Below, piece by piece: positions 18,998 to 29,318 of a DNA stretch of 64,000 nt. Both the position numbers and the translations under genes were made by a program. The notes under the pieces are model-generated. The model was not told the DNA's origin. It did not search any database and worked only from the letters and a program-made list of their open reading frames with translations. How positions within the stretch are numbered: the first letter of the stretch is position 1; every line of letters begins with the position of its first letter. Source of the DNA: Vampirovibrionaceae bacterium NZW_1234 (GTDB lineage: Bacteria; Cyanobacteriota; Vampirovibrionia; Vampirovibrionales; JAGQHJ01); contig JBGUGD010000002.1 in NCBI GenBank assembly GCA_041697335.1, positions 128,001-192,000 of the forward strand, given 5' to 3'.

Positions 18998-19216
18998 TTA
19001 TTTCATCCGGTAAGTGATTCGGCCCCGGGTGAGGTCGTAAGGTGTCAATTCCACTTTGACACGATCGCCGGGCAAAATCCGGATAAAGTTCTTACGTATC
19101 TTACCAGAAATATGAGCCAAAATCGAAACCCCATTTTCCAACTCGACGCGAAACATGGCATTGGGCAAGGATTCTTGAATGGTGCCTTCAATTTCAATGA
19201 CGTCTTTGCTGCTCAT
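18998..19216 (-). CDS. infA: translation initiation factor IF-1
   Basis: [30 protein letters not shown]. Confidence 0.98.
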   Translation of the reverse strand: MSSKDVIEIEGTIQESLPNAMFRVELENGVSILAHISGKIRKNFIRILPGDRVKVELTPYDLTRGRITYRMK

Positions 19217-19983
19217 GAAAATTTTGTCCGATCCGTAGTAATGAGGGGGCCATCTTCTGTGACTATAACTGTATGCTCAAAATGCGCCGATGGCAAGCCA
19301 TCTTGTGTGACAACGGTCCAATTGTCGTCAAGGGTGTAAACATCTTCGGTGCCCATATTAAACATGGGTTCAATGGCAAGAACAACCCCAGGTCGCAATT
19401 CCGGACCTTTGTTACCAGTGCGGTAGTTGTGAACAAAGGGTTCTTCATGGAGCTTTTTGCCAATGCCATGACCGCCATACATCCGTACCAGGCCATAGCC
19501 ATATTTCAGACAGACATCTTCCACAGCCCCGGAAACATCTTCCAGATAATTGCCGGCAACCATCTTATCAATGGCTGCATACAGGGACTCGTTGGTGGCG
19601 TCGAGCAGCTTTTGGGCGTCTTCGGAAATCTTGCCGACACCAATGGTAATGGCGGAATCGCCACACATGCCCTTGTACGTGGCACCACAGTCCAGGCTGA
19701 TCACATCGCCTTCTTTCAGAATCTTGTCGGCACGGGGAATCCCGTGTACCACCTCGTCATTCACCGAGGTGCATAAGGTCCCGGTGAATCCGTGGTAACC
19801 CTTAAATGTGGGCACGGCACCGGCCTTGCGGATCTGCTGTTCGGCAATCTGGTCCAGGTCCAATGTGGACATCCCCGGCTCAATGACCTTAATCAGGTGG
19901 AGCAGGGTTTGAGCAACGATTTGGCCGGCCTCTTGCATCAAGGCGAGTTCATGGCGACTTTTACGTTCGATGGGCTTGTTCAT
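19213..19983 (-). CDS. map: type I methionine aminopeptidase
   Basis: [35 protein letters not shown]. Confidence 0.97.
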   Translation of the reverse strand: MNKPIERKSRHELALMQEAGQIVAQTLLHLIKVIEPGMSTLDLDQIAEQQIRKAGAVPTFKGYHGFTGTLCTSVNDEVVHGIPRADKILKEGDVISLDCGATYKGMCGDSAITIGVGKISEDAQKLLDATNESLYAAIDKMVAGNYLEDVSGAVEDVCLKYGYGLVRMYGGHGIGKKLHEEPFVHNYRTGNKGPELRPGVVLAIEPMFNMGTEDVYTLDDNWTVVTQDGLPSAHFEHTVIVTEDGPLITTDRTKFS

Positions 19984-20672
19984 ACCACCATTGTATCTGA
20001 GGTTTTGAAGAATTTATCGACGTGTTGACGGATATCTTCAAATACGACATCGATAGCTTGGTCAGCATTAATGCGCTGAAGCAGGCTTTTCTTGTCGTAA
20101 TAGTCCACCAAGGGCGACGTTTCTTCCTGATACGCTTTGAGTCGGTTTTCGATGACCTCGGGACGATCGTCCTTGCGAGTAACCAGCTCACTTTGGCACG
20201 CGTCGCAGGTGTTTTCCTGCTTCGGCGGCTTAAGCTTAAGGTTGTACTTGGCATCGCACTTCGGACAGGTCACACGGTAGGCCAGGCGATCCATTAAAAT
20301 CTCATAGGGTGTTTCCAGATACAATACGGAATCCAAGGTCAAACGCAGTTCCATCAGGACTGCATCCAAGCCGTCCACCTGGCTCAGGTTACGGGGGAAA
20401 CCGTCAAATAAATACCCGGCTTTATTTTCAGGAATGCGAACCATGGCAGCCTTAATTACTTTCATAACCAGTTCAAAAGGAACCAATTCGCCTTTATCCA
20501 CGTAAGCCTTGGCTTCTTTGCCCAAGTCAGACTCAGAGGCAATTTCCTGACGTAAGCTTTGACCGGTATCAATGTGAAAGAGTTTGTAATGCTCTGCCAT
20601 TCGCTGAGCTTGGGTGCCTTTACCGACACCGGGCATCCCCAGAAGAATAAGGACTCGCTTTTGCTGTGTCAT
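19980..20672 (-). CDS. adk: adenylate kinase (zinc-lid type)
   Basis: GMPGVGKGTQA, LFDGFPR, CPKC...CDAC lid, RKDD. Confidence 0.97.
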   Translation of the reverse strand: MTQQKRVLILLGMPGVGKGTQAQRMAEHYKLFHIDTGQSLRQEIASESDLGKEAKAYVDKGELVPFELVMKVIKAAMVRIPENKAGYLFDGFPRNLSQVDGLDAVLMELRLTLDSVLYLETPYEILMDRLAYRVTCPKCDAKYNLKLKPPKQENTCDACQSELVTRKDDRPEVIENRLKAYQEETSPLVDYYDKKSLLQRINADQAIDVVFEDIRQHVDKFFKTSDTMVV

Positions 20673-22021
20673 GGTTTCAAGAACCCTTCATACTGCCGTG
20701 CTAACAAATTGACTTTGATCTGATTCACGAAGTCCAAGGCAACCCCCACCATAATAATGAGCGATGTGGCCCCAAGCCCTCGAAAGACCATGACACCCGA
20801 AGCTTGACCCAAGGCCGATTCGATACTGTTCGGAACCAAGGCCAGAAAAGCCATAAAGGCGGCACCAATAAAGACAATTCGAGACAACATGGTCTGCAGG
20901 AATTCGGAGGTGGGACGCCCCGGCTTAATTCCCGGAATGGAACTGCCGTATTTCTTCAGGTTGTCGGCAATGTCTTTGGGTTGCATGTTGGGCATGATGG
21001 ATGCGTAGAAAAAGGTGAAAAAGAAGATCAACAGCACTTCCAAGCCGATATAGAGCCACCCGCCCTGAGACAGATATTTGCTCAAAAACAACACGACCGG
21101 CTCAAAGCTCCCCATCTTGGCGTTACTGCGAACCAACATATTCAGCAAGGTAACGGGGAAGGCCAAAACCGAGAATGCGAAGATGATGGGCAATACCCCG
21201 CCCGGATTGATTTTAAACGGAATATGGGTGCTCTGACCGCCATAGACTTTGTTCCCGACCTGACGCTTGGCACTCACAATAAAGACCTTGCGGGTAGCCT
21301 CCTGTAACACAACAACAAAACCAATGGTGGCAAAGAAAACCAGCAGGGTTAAGAGCAACATAAAGGCATCGGCTGGGGTTCCAGAGGCAGCAGCGGCTCC
21401 AATCTGAGAAAAAGTCACCGGCAGACGGGAGATGATCCCGATAAAGATCAGCAATGAGCCACCATTCCCGACACCGCGATCGGTGATGAGTTCGGCCACC
21501 CATAAACTGAGAATAGCGCCCGCTGTCATCGAGAGAACGCCGACGACGGCAAAGACCGCAGGATTGACGCCGGGCAACATGCCCCCGAAACGCATTACGA
21601 AGTTAATAATGATGAACGACTGCATAATCCCCAGAAACACCGTTAAGTAGCGGGTGTATTGGGCAATTTTACGGCGTCCTTGCTCACCTTCTTCCTTTTG
21701 CAAGGATTCCAGGTGGGGAATAACCACGGTGAGCAACTGAATGATAATCGAGGCGGTAATATAGGGGCCGATACCCAACCCCACGATAGAGAGCTTACCC
21801 AGCGCCCCGCCGGAAAACATATCCAGAAAACCGATGAACTGGGCCGCTGCACTGTTGGCAAACACCTGGGGATCAACTCCCCAGATAGGTATGTGAGCGG
21901 CGAATCGGTACACGACAATCATCATCGCCGTGAAAATCAGTTTTTCTTTCAGCCCGGAGGCATTCCAAATCGCCAATAAATCATCTTTATTGGGAAGTCG
22001 TCGAGGTGCTGTTTTTGCCAA
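20669..22021 (-). CDS. secY: preprotein translocase subunit SecY
   Basis: LGIGPYITASIIIQLL, GVGNGGSLLIF, GVLPIIFA, IPGIKPG, ATSLIIMVGV. Confidence 0.98.
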   Translation of the reverse strand: MAKTAPRRLPNKDDLLAIWNASGLKEKLIFTAMMIVVYRFAAHIPIWGVDPQVFANSAAAQFIGFLDMFSGGALGKLSIVGLGIGPYITASIIIQLLTVVIPHLESLQKEEGEQGRRKIAQYTRYLTVFLGIMQSFIIINFVMRFGGMLPGVNPAVFAVVGVLSMTAGAILSLWVAELITDRGVGNGGSLLIFIGIISRLPVTFSQIGAAAASGTPADAFMLLLTLLVFFATIGFVVVLQEATRKVFIVSAKRQVGNKVYGGQSTHIPFKINPGGVLPIIFAFSVLAFPVTLLNMLVRSNAKMGSFEPVVLFLSKYLSQGGWLYIGLEVLLIFFFTFFYASIMPNMQPKDIADNLKKYGSSIPGIKPGRPTSEFLQTMLSRIVFIGAAFMAFLALVPNSIESALGQASGVMVFRGLGATSLIIMVGVALDFVNQIKVNLLARQYEGFLKP

Positions 22022-22040
22022 TTGTCTCTACCCTTACCGG

Positions 22041-22559
22041 TTATGCGTCACACTGTTGACCCAAAAGTTTTACCTGGCCACCTGCGGCTTCAATCTTTTG
22101 ACGGGCCGAAGGGGTTACGTGATGCGCTTCAACCACGATTTTTGCTTTGATCTCGCCGTTGCCCAAAATGCGGACACCGTCAAAGCGATTGGGGTTGAAA
22201 CGACCGACCAGTTGAAGTTTTTCATAGGTCAACTCGGACTCACCCGGAATTAGGCAATCTTCCAAATCACCGACGTTGAGCTCAACCCATTGCTTGCGGT
22301 TGATGAGCTCAAAGCCATCGATGTGAGGCAAACGACGGTACAGGGGCATTTGACCGCCTTCAAAACCTCTTTTCTTGCTCAAGCCAGAACGCTGGCCTTC
22401 ACCGTTGTGACCCCGATTACTGGTTTTACCAGCACCGGAGGCCCGGCCGCGACCAACCCGAAGTTTATTCTTGGTAGCGCCTTTGGCGGGCTTCAAATCC
22501 CCAAGGGTCAGTCTTTTTTCAGGGGCTTGAGCGGTAGCTTCTTTTTTTGCACGAGCCAT
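22041..22559 (-). CDS. rplO: 50S ribosomal protein L15
   Basis: RVGRGRASGAGKTSNRG, GFEGGQMPLYRRLP, KIEAAGG. Confidence 0.97.
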   Translation of the reverse strand: MARAKKEATAQAPEKRLTLGDLKPAKGATKNKLRVGRGRASGAGKTSNRGHNGEGQRSGLSKKRGFEGGQMPLYRRLPHIDGFELINRKQWVELNVGDLEDCLIPGESELTYEKLQLVGRFNPNRFDGVRILGNGEIKAKIVVEAHHVTPSARQKIEAAGGQVKLLGQQCDA

Positions 22560-22561
22560 GG

Positions 22562-22750
22562 TTATGCAGCCTCCACTTTCACGAGGTAAGACACTTTGTG
22601 CAGCATACCCAGGATGATGGGGGTTTCAAAGTGCTGTACCACTTGGTTCGTTTTATATAAACCCAACGCACGAACAATTTTTTTGTGCTGTTCGGGACGC
22701 CCGATGACACTTTTCACCAGGGTCACTTTAATTTTTCTTGGTTCTGCCAT
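22562..22750 (-). CDS. rpmD: 50S ribosomal protein L30
   Basis: KVTLVKSVIGRP...ALGL...GMLHKVSYLVKVE; lies between rpsE and rplO. Confidence 0.95.
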   Translation of the reverse strand: MAEPRKIKVTLVKSVIGRPEQHKKIVRALGLYKTNQVVQHFETPIILGMLHKVSYLVKVEAA

Positions 22751-22763
22751 GGTTGGTAGACTC

Positions 22764-23399
22764 CTAACTGATCATTTCTTTCACGGTCAACCCGCGAGCT
22801 TGCGCCACTTCCTTAAACGTCCGCAATTGGGACAGGCCTTTGATGGTTGCCCGGGCAACGTTCAAGGGCGAGTTGGACCCCAGGGACTTGGAGAGAATGT
22901 TGTGAACCCCGGCCAATTCGAGAACGGCACGAGCAGCACCACCGGCAATAACACCGGTACCTTCAGAGGCTGGACGCATGACAACAAAGCTGCTACCGGC
23001 TTTGGCCTGGATAGAATGAGGAATGGTCATGGCATGGATGGGAACGTTGATTAAGCTCTTCTTGGCGGCGGCAACACCTTTTTGGATGGCACCGATAACT
23101 TCGCTGGATTTGCCAATCCCAAGACCAACTTGACCTTCGCCATTGCCAACAACAACAACGGCACGGAAACTGAGCTTCTTACCGCCTTTAACAACCTTGG
23201 TTACCCGACGGATTTGAATAACTTTTTCTTTCCATTCGCTACTTAACGCTTCGGTAGCGGCTTTATCAGTCTCAAGGCGTTGCATTGCACGTTGGTTCTG
23301 AGGAGATCCTGCTCCAGCATCACCACCCTGTTTGGGACCTTGGCCACCAGGACCGCGACGTCTTTGTTGGTTGTCTCGTTTTTCCATTTGTTCATCCAT
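22764..23399 (-). CDS. rpsE: 30S ribosomal protein S5
   Basis: [42 protein letters not shown]. Confidence 0.98.
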   Translation of the reverse strand: MDEQMEKRDNQQRRRGPGGQGPKQGGDAGAGSPQNQRAMQRLETDKAATEALSSEWKEKVIQIRRVTKVVKGGKKLSFRAVVVVGNGEGQVGLGIGKSSEVIGAIQKGVAAAKKSLINVPIHAMTIPHSIQAKAGSSFVVMRPASEGTGVIAGGAARAVLELAGVHNILSKSLGSNSPLNVARATIKGLSQLRTFKEVAQARGLTVKEMIS

Positions 23400-23760
23400 T
23401 CCACTGATTACTGCTGAACTTGTTTACTCGGGGTTGGTGCGGGTGCTCCTTCCAGTCTATCCAGGAAAGGGAGCCTCCGAGAGGAAAATTTTTAAGCTGG
23501 CACACTGTGGTATCCAATTTTGAGGGAGGTTCGGGGCTGAAAGCGAGGACTTAACCCTTTCTGGACACATACAATTGTGCTCTATAGATTGTTGCAGAAA
23601 GGTAGTTGAAAGATCAAGCATGTCATCATTTTTTACCCATTGGTGGGATCATAGCCGGTTTTAGCCTTGTCGACAACTGACTCGTCTCGGGACCAGTGTT
23701 GTATTCCGTGAGGGGGCCCAGGTGTGATAGTGAGAGATAAACAGATGTGTCGGGTGTGAA

Positions 23761-24927
23761 TTACCGTAAGAAGCCAAGAGGGTTTACTGGGCGACCGTTT
23801 AAACGTACTTCAAAGTGTAAGTGAGCACCCGTAGAGAAACCTGTTGATCCGACATAGCCAACCACTTGTCCTTTGGAAACTTGCTGTCCGTTTCCAACAG
23901 CAATAGAAGACATATGGCCATATAAGGTACTCAGGTTCTGTCCGCCTCGGCTGCCATGGTTGATGATAACCACTTTTCCGTACCCACCTTGCCATCCGGC
24001 AGTAATAATCCGTCCACCATCAGCTGCCCGAATAGGGGTGCCATAGCCGACACCAAAATCGATGCCGCTATGAAATCGCATCGAGCGGAAGATGGGGTGA
24101 ACTCGATATCCAAACCCCGACGTAACACGCCCGCCAACAGGAGCCATGAATCGGCCTGTACTTCCGAGAACGGCACCTCCCCCGGAGGTCATTGACATAA
24201 TTTGGCGCTCAATGGTCATAGACTCTCGCTCAAGCTGGTTTTCTGCCATTTCATAGGCTTCCCGGCTTGTCTTGAGCTTCTCAACCAGCATCTTATCCAG
24301 GTGCATGGCCTCGTTGAGTTGCTCCTGATAAGACTCAATACGTTGTATCGTCCCTGCGAGTCTCGCTTTTTCCTGTATCAACGCACCTTTCTTTTTTTCA
24401 AGCAGCTGGGTTTTTGTAATGAACGAGGCATACAGTTCTTTGTCTTTGGCAAAGATCCGCTTCTTATAGTAGAACCTATCCAACATGGTGGAAATATCGC
24501 CGGCATCCAGGAGCAGATGGAGAAAGCTCATGCGCTCACCCATATAAAGGCTCCTTAATCGTTTCCCCACTTGTTGGGCGAGCCGTTGTTGCTGGGCTAA
24601 GAGGATGTCCAGAGATGCTTCCAGATCTTTAAGCTGGGATTTGGTTTGAACTAAAAGCTCCTGCTGGGCACTCATGGAGGTTTTACTGGATTCCAGACGC
24701 TTTTGGTTTTGAAGAATGTTATAGGTGACGTATTTCTCTTTCAAGAGAATCTGGTGTTTGAGCTGTTTGATCCGTTGAATTTCTTGTTGGGTACGTTTTT
24801 TCTTTTGCTCAAGGTGTTTAAGGCTAACAGCTTGAGCTTCAGGCATGAAAAATCCTAATGGCTCCCATGAAAACGTCAGAGCCACGAAAATAATTCCTAT
24901 TATCCATTGTCGGAGAAGGATGTTCAT
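23761..24927 (-). CDS. M23 peptidase with coiled coil (EnvC-like murein hydrolase/activator)
   Basis: Signal peptide, long coiled coil, HSGIDFG, YGH, GSTGFSTGAHLHFEVR. Confidence 0.93.
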   Translation of the reverse strand: MNILLRQWIIGIIFVALTFSWEPLGFFMPEAQAVSLKHLEQKKKRTQQEIQRIKQLKHQILLKEKYVTYNILQNQKRLESSKTSMSAQQELLVQTKSQLKDLEASLDILLAQQQRLAQQVGKRLRSLYMGERMSFLHLLLDAGDISTMLDRFYYKKRIFAKDKELYASFITKTQLLEKKKGALIQEKARLAGTIQRIESYQEQLNEAMHLDKMLVEKLKTSREAYEMAENQLERESMTIERQIMSMTSGGGAVLGSTGRFMAPVGGRVTSGFGYRVHPIFRSMRFHSGIDFGVGYGTPIRAADGGRIITAGWQGGYGKVVIINHGSRGGQNLSTLYGHMSSIAVGNGQQVSKGQVVGYVGSTGFSTGAHLHFEVRLNGRPVNPLGFLR

Positions 24928-25381
24928 TGAATTCGGTCTAGAACATCGACATCAAAAAAGGGATCAAGGCAGAAGCAATAAAAAGGACTGCAATCAATCC
25001 AGCAATCCACCGGGCCTGTTGCCGCAAAAAATCCATCATCACGTCATTTACTCTCGCTTTGGGCTGTGTCCACTCTCAAAAGACATTATGCATTATTTTA
25101 GCGCAGGAATGATATAGACAAAACCGGAACCCAGGCTGAGGGAAAAATGTATCTTCGTGTAAACCATTGTAACGTCTTATGTAAGGCTTAAGCCTAGAGG
25201 GTTTTGCCGACTTGGCCTAGTCAGTTGGGTCTCTTGAATGTAACAAAAGTTGCCTATTTTAGAAACTAAAACACACTGCAATTAAAGCTTTGTATCAATC
25301 AACCGATATCCCATTCATAAGCAATACGTTCCCCATTAATGACCCCCACGGATGAGGGAGCGGAAGTTGAGAGGTAAGAGT

Positions 25382-25549
25382 ATGCCCCCCAAAGATTTGT
25401 CCCAAGAGCGTATGCCAAGCCGTAACATCGCTCAACCCGTGTACTTTATCCTCAAAGGCGCTGAAAAAAGACGAACCATGGCCACCCGCAAAGCCAAGCA
25501 TTTGCAGCGGGAGCTCGGTGTCATTCCTAAACTGACCAGCGTCAAATAG
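25382..25549 (+). CDS. small basic hypothetical protein (55 aa)
   Basis: GAGGT RBS before ATG 25382; MPPKDLSQERMPSRNIAQPVYFILKGAEKRRTMATRKAKHLQRELGVIPKLTSVK. Confidence 0.5.
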   Translation: MPPKDLSQERMPSRNIAQPVYFILKGAEKRRTMATRKAKHLQRELGVIPKLTSVK

Positions 25550-25626
25550 AGTACGCTTCAAGCAGAATTATCTTTTCTTACTCGTTTTTCTTTTTCTTAT
25601 TTTTTAACCACCTAACTCAAAACAAA

Positions 25627-25729
25627 TGTGAGACCAATGCCTCACAGCGCCCACCGGCCCTCCGGCCGACGGCGCATCCTTAGGGTGTGGAAGACCGGGT
25701 TTTACGACTTTCGGTCTTCTATTTTTTTT
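25627..25729 (+). ncRNA. candidate small structured RNA or leader ending in an intrinsic terminator
   Basis: TGTGAG/CTCACA stem, GC-rich GCGCC-CAC-CGGCC/GGCCG-AC-GGCGC stem, then GAAGACCG/CGGTCTTC plus a T-run. Confidence 0.45.
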
Positions 25730-25794
25730 GTTTGCATATCTCATTTCGTTTGACTGCCTTGGCAGGTCGAGTGGGTTTATGCCATCATATCGGC

Positions 25795-27072
25795 ATGATG
25801 ACCCCTGAGCGAATTGCCTCGCTGATTGAGGCCGCCGAAGATGCACTCGAGCCCTATTGGGCTGAGCTGGAATCCAGGTGCCATACTAACCTGGAGCGTA
25901 TTTTAGATGCGTTTTTACAGCATGGCTTAAGTGAAGAGCACTTTTTTTCCGTGACCGGTTACGGGCACCATGATCGGGGCCGTGAGGTTACGGATGCAAT
26001 TTTTGCCCATGCACTTCATGCCGAAGCGGCTCTTGTTCGATTGCAGTTTGTGTCAGGGACTCATGCCATTGCCTGTGCCTTGCGTGGCTGTATCGTCCCC
26101 GGAGAAGATTCTCTGCTGACGGTGACGGGCAGCCCCTATGACACGTTGGAAGAGGTCTTGGGCCTTCGGGGGGAGAGCCCTTTGAGCTTGAGGCGCCAGG
26201 GGATTCCATGTGATCAGATTGATCTTTTGAATGATGGTCACCTCCGTACGACATTTACCGATGAGGAGTTTGCCGCAATTCAAAGTGCCACGACGATTTT
26301 TATTCAGCGCTCCCGAGGATATGGCTTACGGCCTTCACTTTCGTTGGCCGATGTTCGGGATTTGATTGCAGCGCTTCGTTCTGTAAAGCCGGTACTCAAG
26401 ATTGTGGTGGACAATTGCTACGGTGAGTTTGTAGACACCCTGGAGCCCCCGGCGGTTGGAGCGGACCTGATTGCCGGGTCCCTGATCAAGAATCCCGGCG
26501 GGGGGATTGTTCCCACCGGAGCCTATGTTGCTGGGAAAAAACAATGGGTCGCCGCTGCGGCAGATGCCTTAACGGCACCCGGCATTGGGGCTAAAGGTGG
26601 CTATACATTTGATTCAACCCGATTAATCCTTCAAGGGCTTTATTTTGCGCCTACGGTCACCAAGGAATCGTTAAAAGGAATGAGCCTTCTGTCTCATGTG
26701 TTTGAAGCCCTAGGATATGACGTCAGTCCCAGGGTGAGTGAAGGACAGGCGGATATTATTCAGGTGATTAAGCTGGGTGAAGAAGACAAGGTTTTGAAGT
26801 TCTGCAAGGCTCTTCAGTCCGTGAGCCCGGTTGATGCCCGGTTGACCCCGATTCCCTATGCAACACCCGGTTATGCTGACCCGGTCGTTATGGCCGGTGG
26901 AACATTTATTTTTGGCTCTACCATTGAGTTGTCAGCAGATGCACCTATGCGGCCCCCGTATGCTGTGTTTCTGCAAGGCGGCTTGACCTACAGTCATGTT
27001 CGCTATGCGGTCAAACGGATTCTGGAGTCGCTGTATGCGGATACGGCTGATGCGATGAGCTTGGCCTTGTAG
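25795..27072 (+). CDS. methionine gamma-lyase-like / aluminium-resistance (YnbB) family PLP enzyme
   Basis: TGYG, QFVSGTHAI, PYDTLEEV, IQRSRGY, VDNCYGEF, AGSLIKNPGGG, IELSADAP. Confidence 0.92.
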   Translation: MMTPERIASLIEAAEDALEPYWAELESRCHTNLERILDAFLQHGLSEEHFFSVTGYGHHDRGREVTDAIFAHALHAEAALVRLQFVSGTHAIACALRGCIVPGEDSLLTVTGSPYDTLEEVLGLRGESPLSLRRQGIPCDQIDLLNDGHLRTTFTDEEFAAIQSATTIFIQRSRGYGLRPSLSLADVRDLIAALRSVKPVLKIVVDNCYGEFVDTLEPPAVGADLIAGSLIKNPGGGIVPTGAYVAGKKQWVAAAADALTAPGIGAKGGYTFDSTRLILQGLYFAPTVTKESLKGMSLLSHVFEALGYDVSPRVSEGQADIIQVIKLGEEDKVLKFCKALQSVSPVDARLTPIPYATPGYADPVVMAGGTFIFGSTIELSADAPMRPPYAVFLQGGLTYSHVRYAVKRILESLYADTADAMSLAL

Positions 27073-27111
27073 GTGTTGAACACGGGTGGTTTGAACAAAC
27101 TAATCAAACTA

Positions 27112-28080
27112 TTAGGGTGCGTTTTTGACGAGTTCCGCATTCAGTTGGCGTTCGGCTTCTTCCAAAATTCGAACCACTTCGAGCCCATTCACGCCATCGC
27201 TTTTGGGTTTTCGGCCGGAACGAATGCAATTGATGAAATGTTGGCACTCCAGCTTCAAGGGTTCCAGGGTCAAGTATTCCGGTGTTATTTGCTCAGGAGG
27301 AGATGTGTTGTTATGAAACACCTTGAGTTTATCACTGCCGGTTAGGGTGTCATCCATCACCACAGTGCGCTCGGAGCCACGGACTACCAGCTTAACTTGT
27401 TTGACCGGGTGAACCCAGCTGTTGTGGATGTGGCCGGGAACTCCATTGGGAAATTCGATTTCAATGTGGGCAATGTCAACCAGGCCGTCGTTACTGGTGC
27501 GAGACCCTTGGACGGAAACGAGGCGTCTTGGCTCTTGGCCGAGAAGATACATCATCATGGAGAGATCATGAGGTGCCAGATCCCAGAAAACACTTCGGTC
27601 TGCTCGGTAAGGGTTGTGGTTAAGACGATCGCTTTCAATATAGCGAATTTCACCTAAATAACCCTCTTCAATCAGTTGCTTGAGACGAGTAATGGCCGGG
27701 TGGTACATCAGTAGGTGCCCGACCATCAAGGTTTTTTCCACACGCTCGGAAAGAGCATACAAGTCTTGGGTCTCCGTCAGACTGGTGGCAATCGGTTTTT
27801 CCACGTAAACGTGCTTGTCGGACAAGAGGGCTGCTTTGGCCAGGCGGTAATGGGTGTGGCTGGGCGTGGAGATAACAATGGCGGTAATGCTGGGATCGAC
27901 CAATAGGTCTTCGAAGCGGGACGTTGTCGTAATGCCGGGATACTGCTTCTTCAGCTTGCTAAGCATGTCTTTGTCCAGATCACAGATACTGGCCAGAAAT
28001 TCCAGGTTATAAAAGTTGCGAACCAGGTTTCGGCCCCAGTTTCCGCATCCTACGACGGCGACTTTAATGGGTGTTTCCAC
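27112..28080 (-). CDS. Gfo/Idh/MocA family oxidoreductase
   Basis: VVGCGNWG, KHVYVEKP, MVGHL, WDLAPHD. Confidence 0.92.
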   Translation of the reverse strand: METPIKVAVVGCGNWGRNLVRNFYNLEFLASICDLDKDMLSKLKKQYPGITTTSRFEDLLVDPSITAIVISTPSHTHYRLAKAALLSDKHVYVEKPIATSLTETQDLYALSERVEKTLMVGHLLMYHPAITRLKQLIEEGYLGEIRYIESDRLNHNPYRADRSVFWDLAPHDLSMMMYLLGQEPRRLVSVQGSRTSNDGLVDIAHIEIEFPNGVPGHIHNSWVHPVKQVKLVVRGSERTVVMDDTLTGSDKLKVFHNNTSPPEQITPEYLTLEPLKLECQHFINCIRSGRKPKSDGVNGLEVVRILEEAERQLNAELVKNAP

Positions 28081-28158
28081 GATTCATGTATCCACAAACG
28101 AGCGCTTCACAATACAATGTTAAAACATACCCTTACTCTACTACACGGTGATTCAAAG

Positions 28159-29292
28159 ATGAAGTCTTCGAGGCATTTGACCTTTCATACCCGTCGAGAT
28201 GCTTGGGTGGAGGTTAACCTGTCTGCCATTGAACAAAATACCTTGGCGCTTCGTCGTCATGTACCTGAGGGAATTGAGATTATGGCTGTCATTAAGGCCG
28301 ATGCTTATGGGCATGGGGCTGTGATGGTCCTACCTACCCTGGAAGCATCCGGAATTTCCATGGTTGGGGTGGCTTCGATGGATGAGGCTGTTCAAATTCG
28401 CGAGTCCGGCCTTCCTCTGTCGGTGATGGTCTTGGGAGTGACGCCTGATTGGGCCATGCACTATGCCTTGGAACACAATATTGAATTAACGGTTTTTTCG
28501 GAGCAGCACTTGGCTTCGCTGCAGCGGCTGTTTGAAACAACCCAAACCCCCGTTAAAATTCACATCAAGGTAGACACCGGGATGCATCGGATTGGAATTT
28601 CCTGGGACAAGGCTGCTGCCTTTATCAATCATTGCTTCACCCTGCCTTATGTTACGGTAGAAGGGGTGTTCAGTCACTTTGCACATACATCGGATTCCTC
28701 ATTTACTGATCTTCAGGTGTCTCGCTGGGAGCAGGTGCTTAGCCAGCTTAATCGCAGGCCTCAACGATGCCATTTGGCTAACAGTGCGGGAACCTGGCAT
28801 GGGCACTTTGGAGCGGGCAATATGATTCGTAGCGGCTTGACCCTGTTTGGATACACTGGTGATGACTCCCTGCAGGTGGAGGACTTGGAGCCCGCGATGA
28901 GTTTGAAAGCTCGCATTGTGCATCTGTTTGAATTGCCACCGGGTGAAGGAATCAGCTATGGGCAGACGTTTCACAATAACACAAGTGCACCTCGGCTCAT
29001 TGCAACCTTACCCTTGGGCTATGCCGATGGGGTCCCCCGAGGGCTATCCGGCAAAATTCATGCCCTCTATGCCGGGCAGCGCATTCCTCAGGTGGGAGTG
29101 ATTACCATGGATCAGCTGATGGTAGATGTGACGGGCGTCGACGACCCTCGGGTGGGTGATGTGGTTACGCTTATCGGCAAGTCTGGAGAAGAGCGGGTTA
29201 CATTGACCGATTGGGCGTCTTGTATTCAAACCATCGAGTATGAATTGATGTGCGGTCTGCGGGTTCGTCTGCCCAAGACCTATATTCGGTAG
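28159..29292 (+). CDS. alr: alanine racemase
   Basis: AVIKADAYGHG, HIKVDTGMHRIG, SHFA, GYADG, TMDQ, IEYE. Confidence 0.97.
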   Translation: MKSSRHLTFHTRRDAWVEVNLSAIEQNTLALRRHVPEGIEIMAVIKADAYGHGAVMVLPTLEASGISMVGVASMDEAVQIRESGLPLSVMVLGVTPDWAMHYALEHNIELTVFSEQHLASLQRLFETTQTPVKIHIKVDTGMHRIGISWDKAAAFINHCFTLPYVTVEGVFSHFAHTSDSSFTDLQVSRWEQVLSQLNRRPQRCHLANSAGTWHGHFGAGNMIRSGLTLFGYTGDDSLQVEDLEPAMSLKARIVHLFELPPGEGISYGQTFHNNTSAPRLIATLPLGYADGVPRGLSGKIHALYAGQRIPQVGVITMDQLMVDVTGVDDPRVGDVVTLIGKSGEERVTLTDWASCIQTIEYELMCGLRVRLPKTYIR

Positions 29293-29318
29293 ATCTTCTT
29301 CGGGTGTAAAATACCCCT

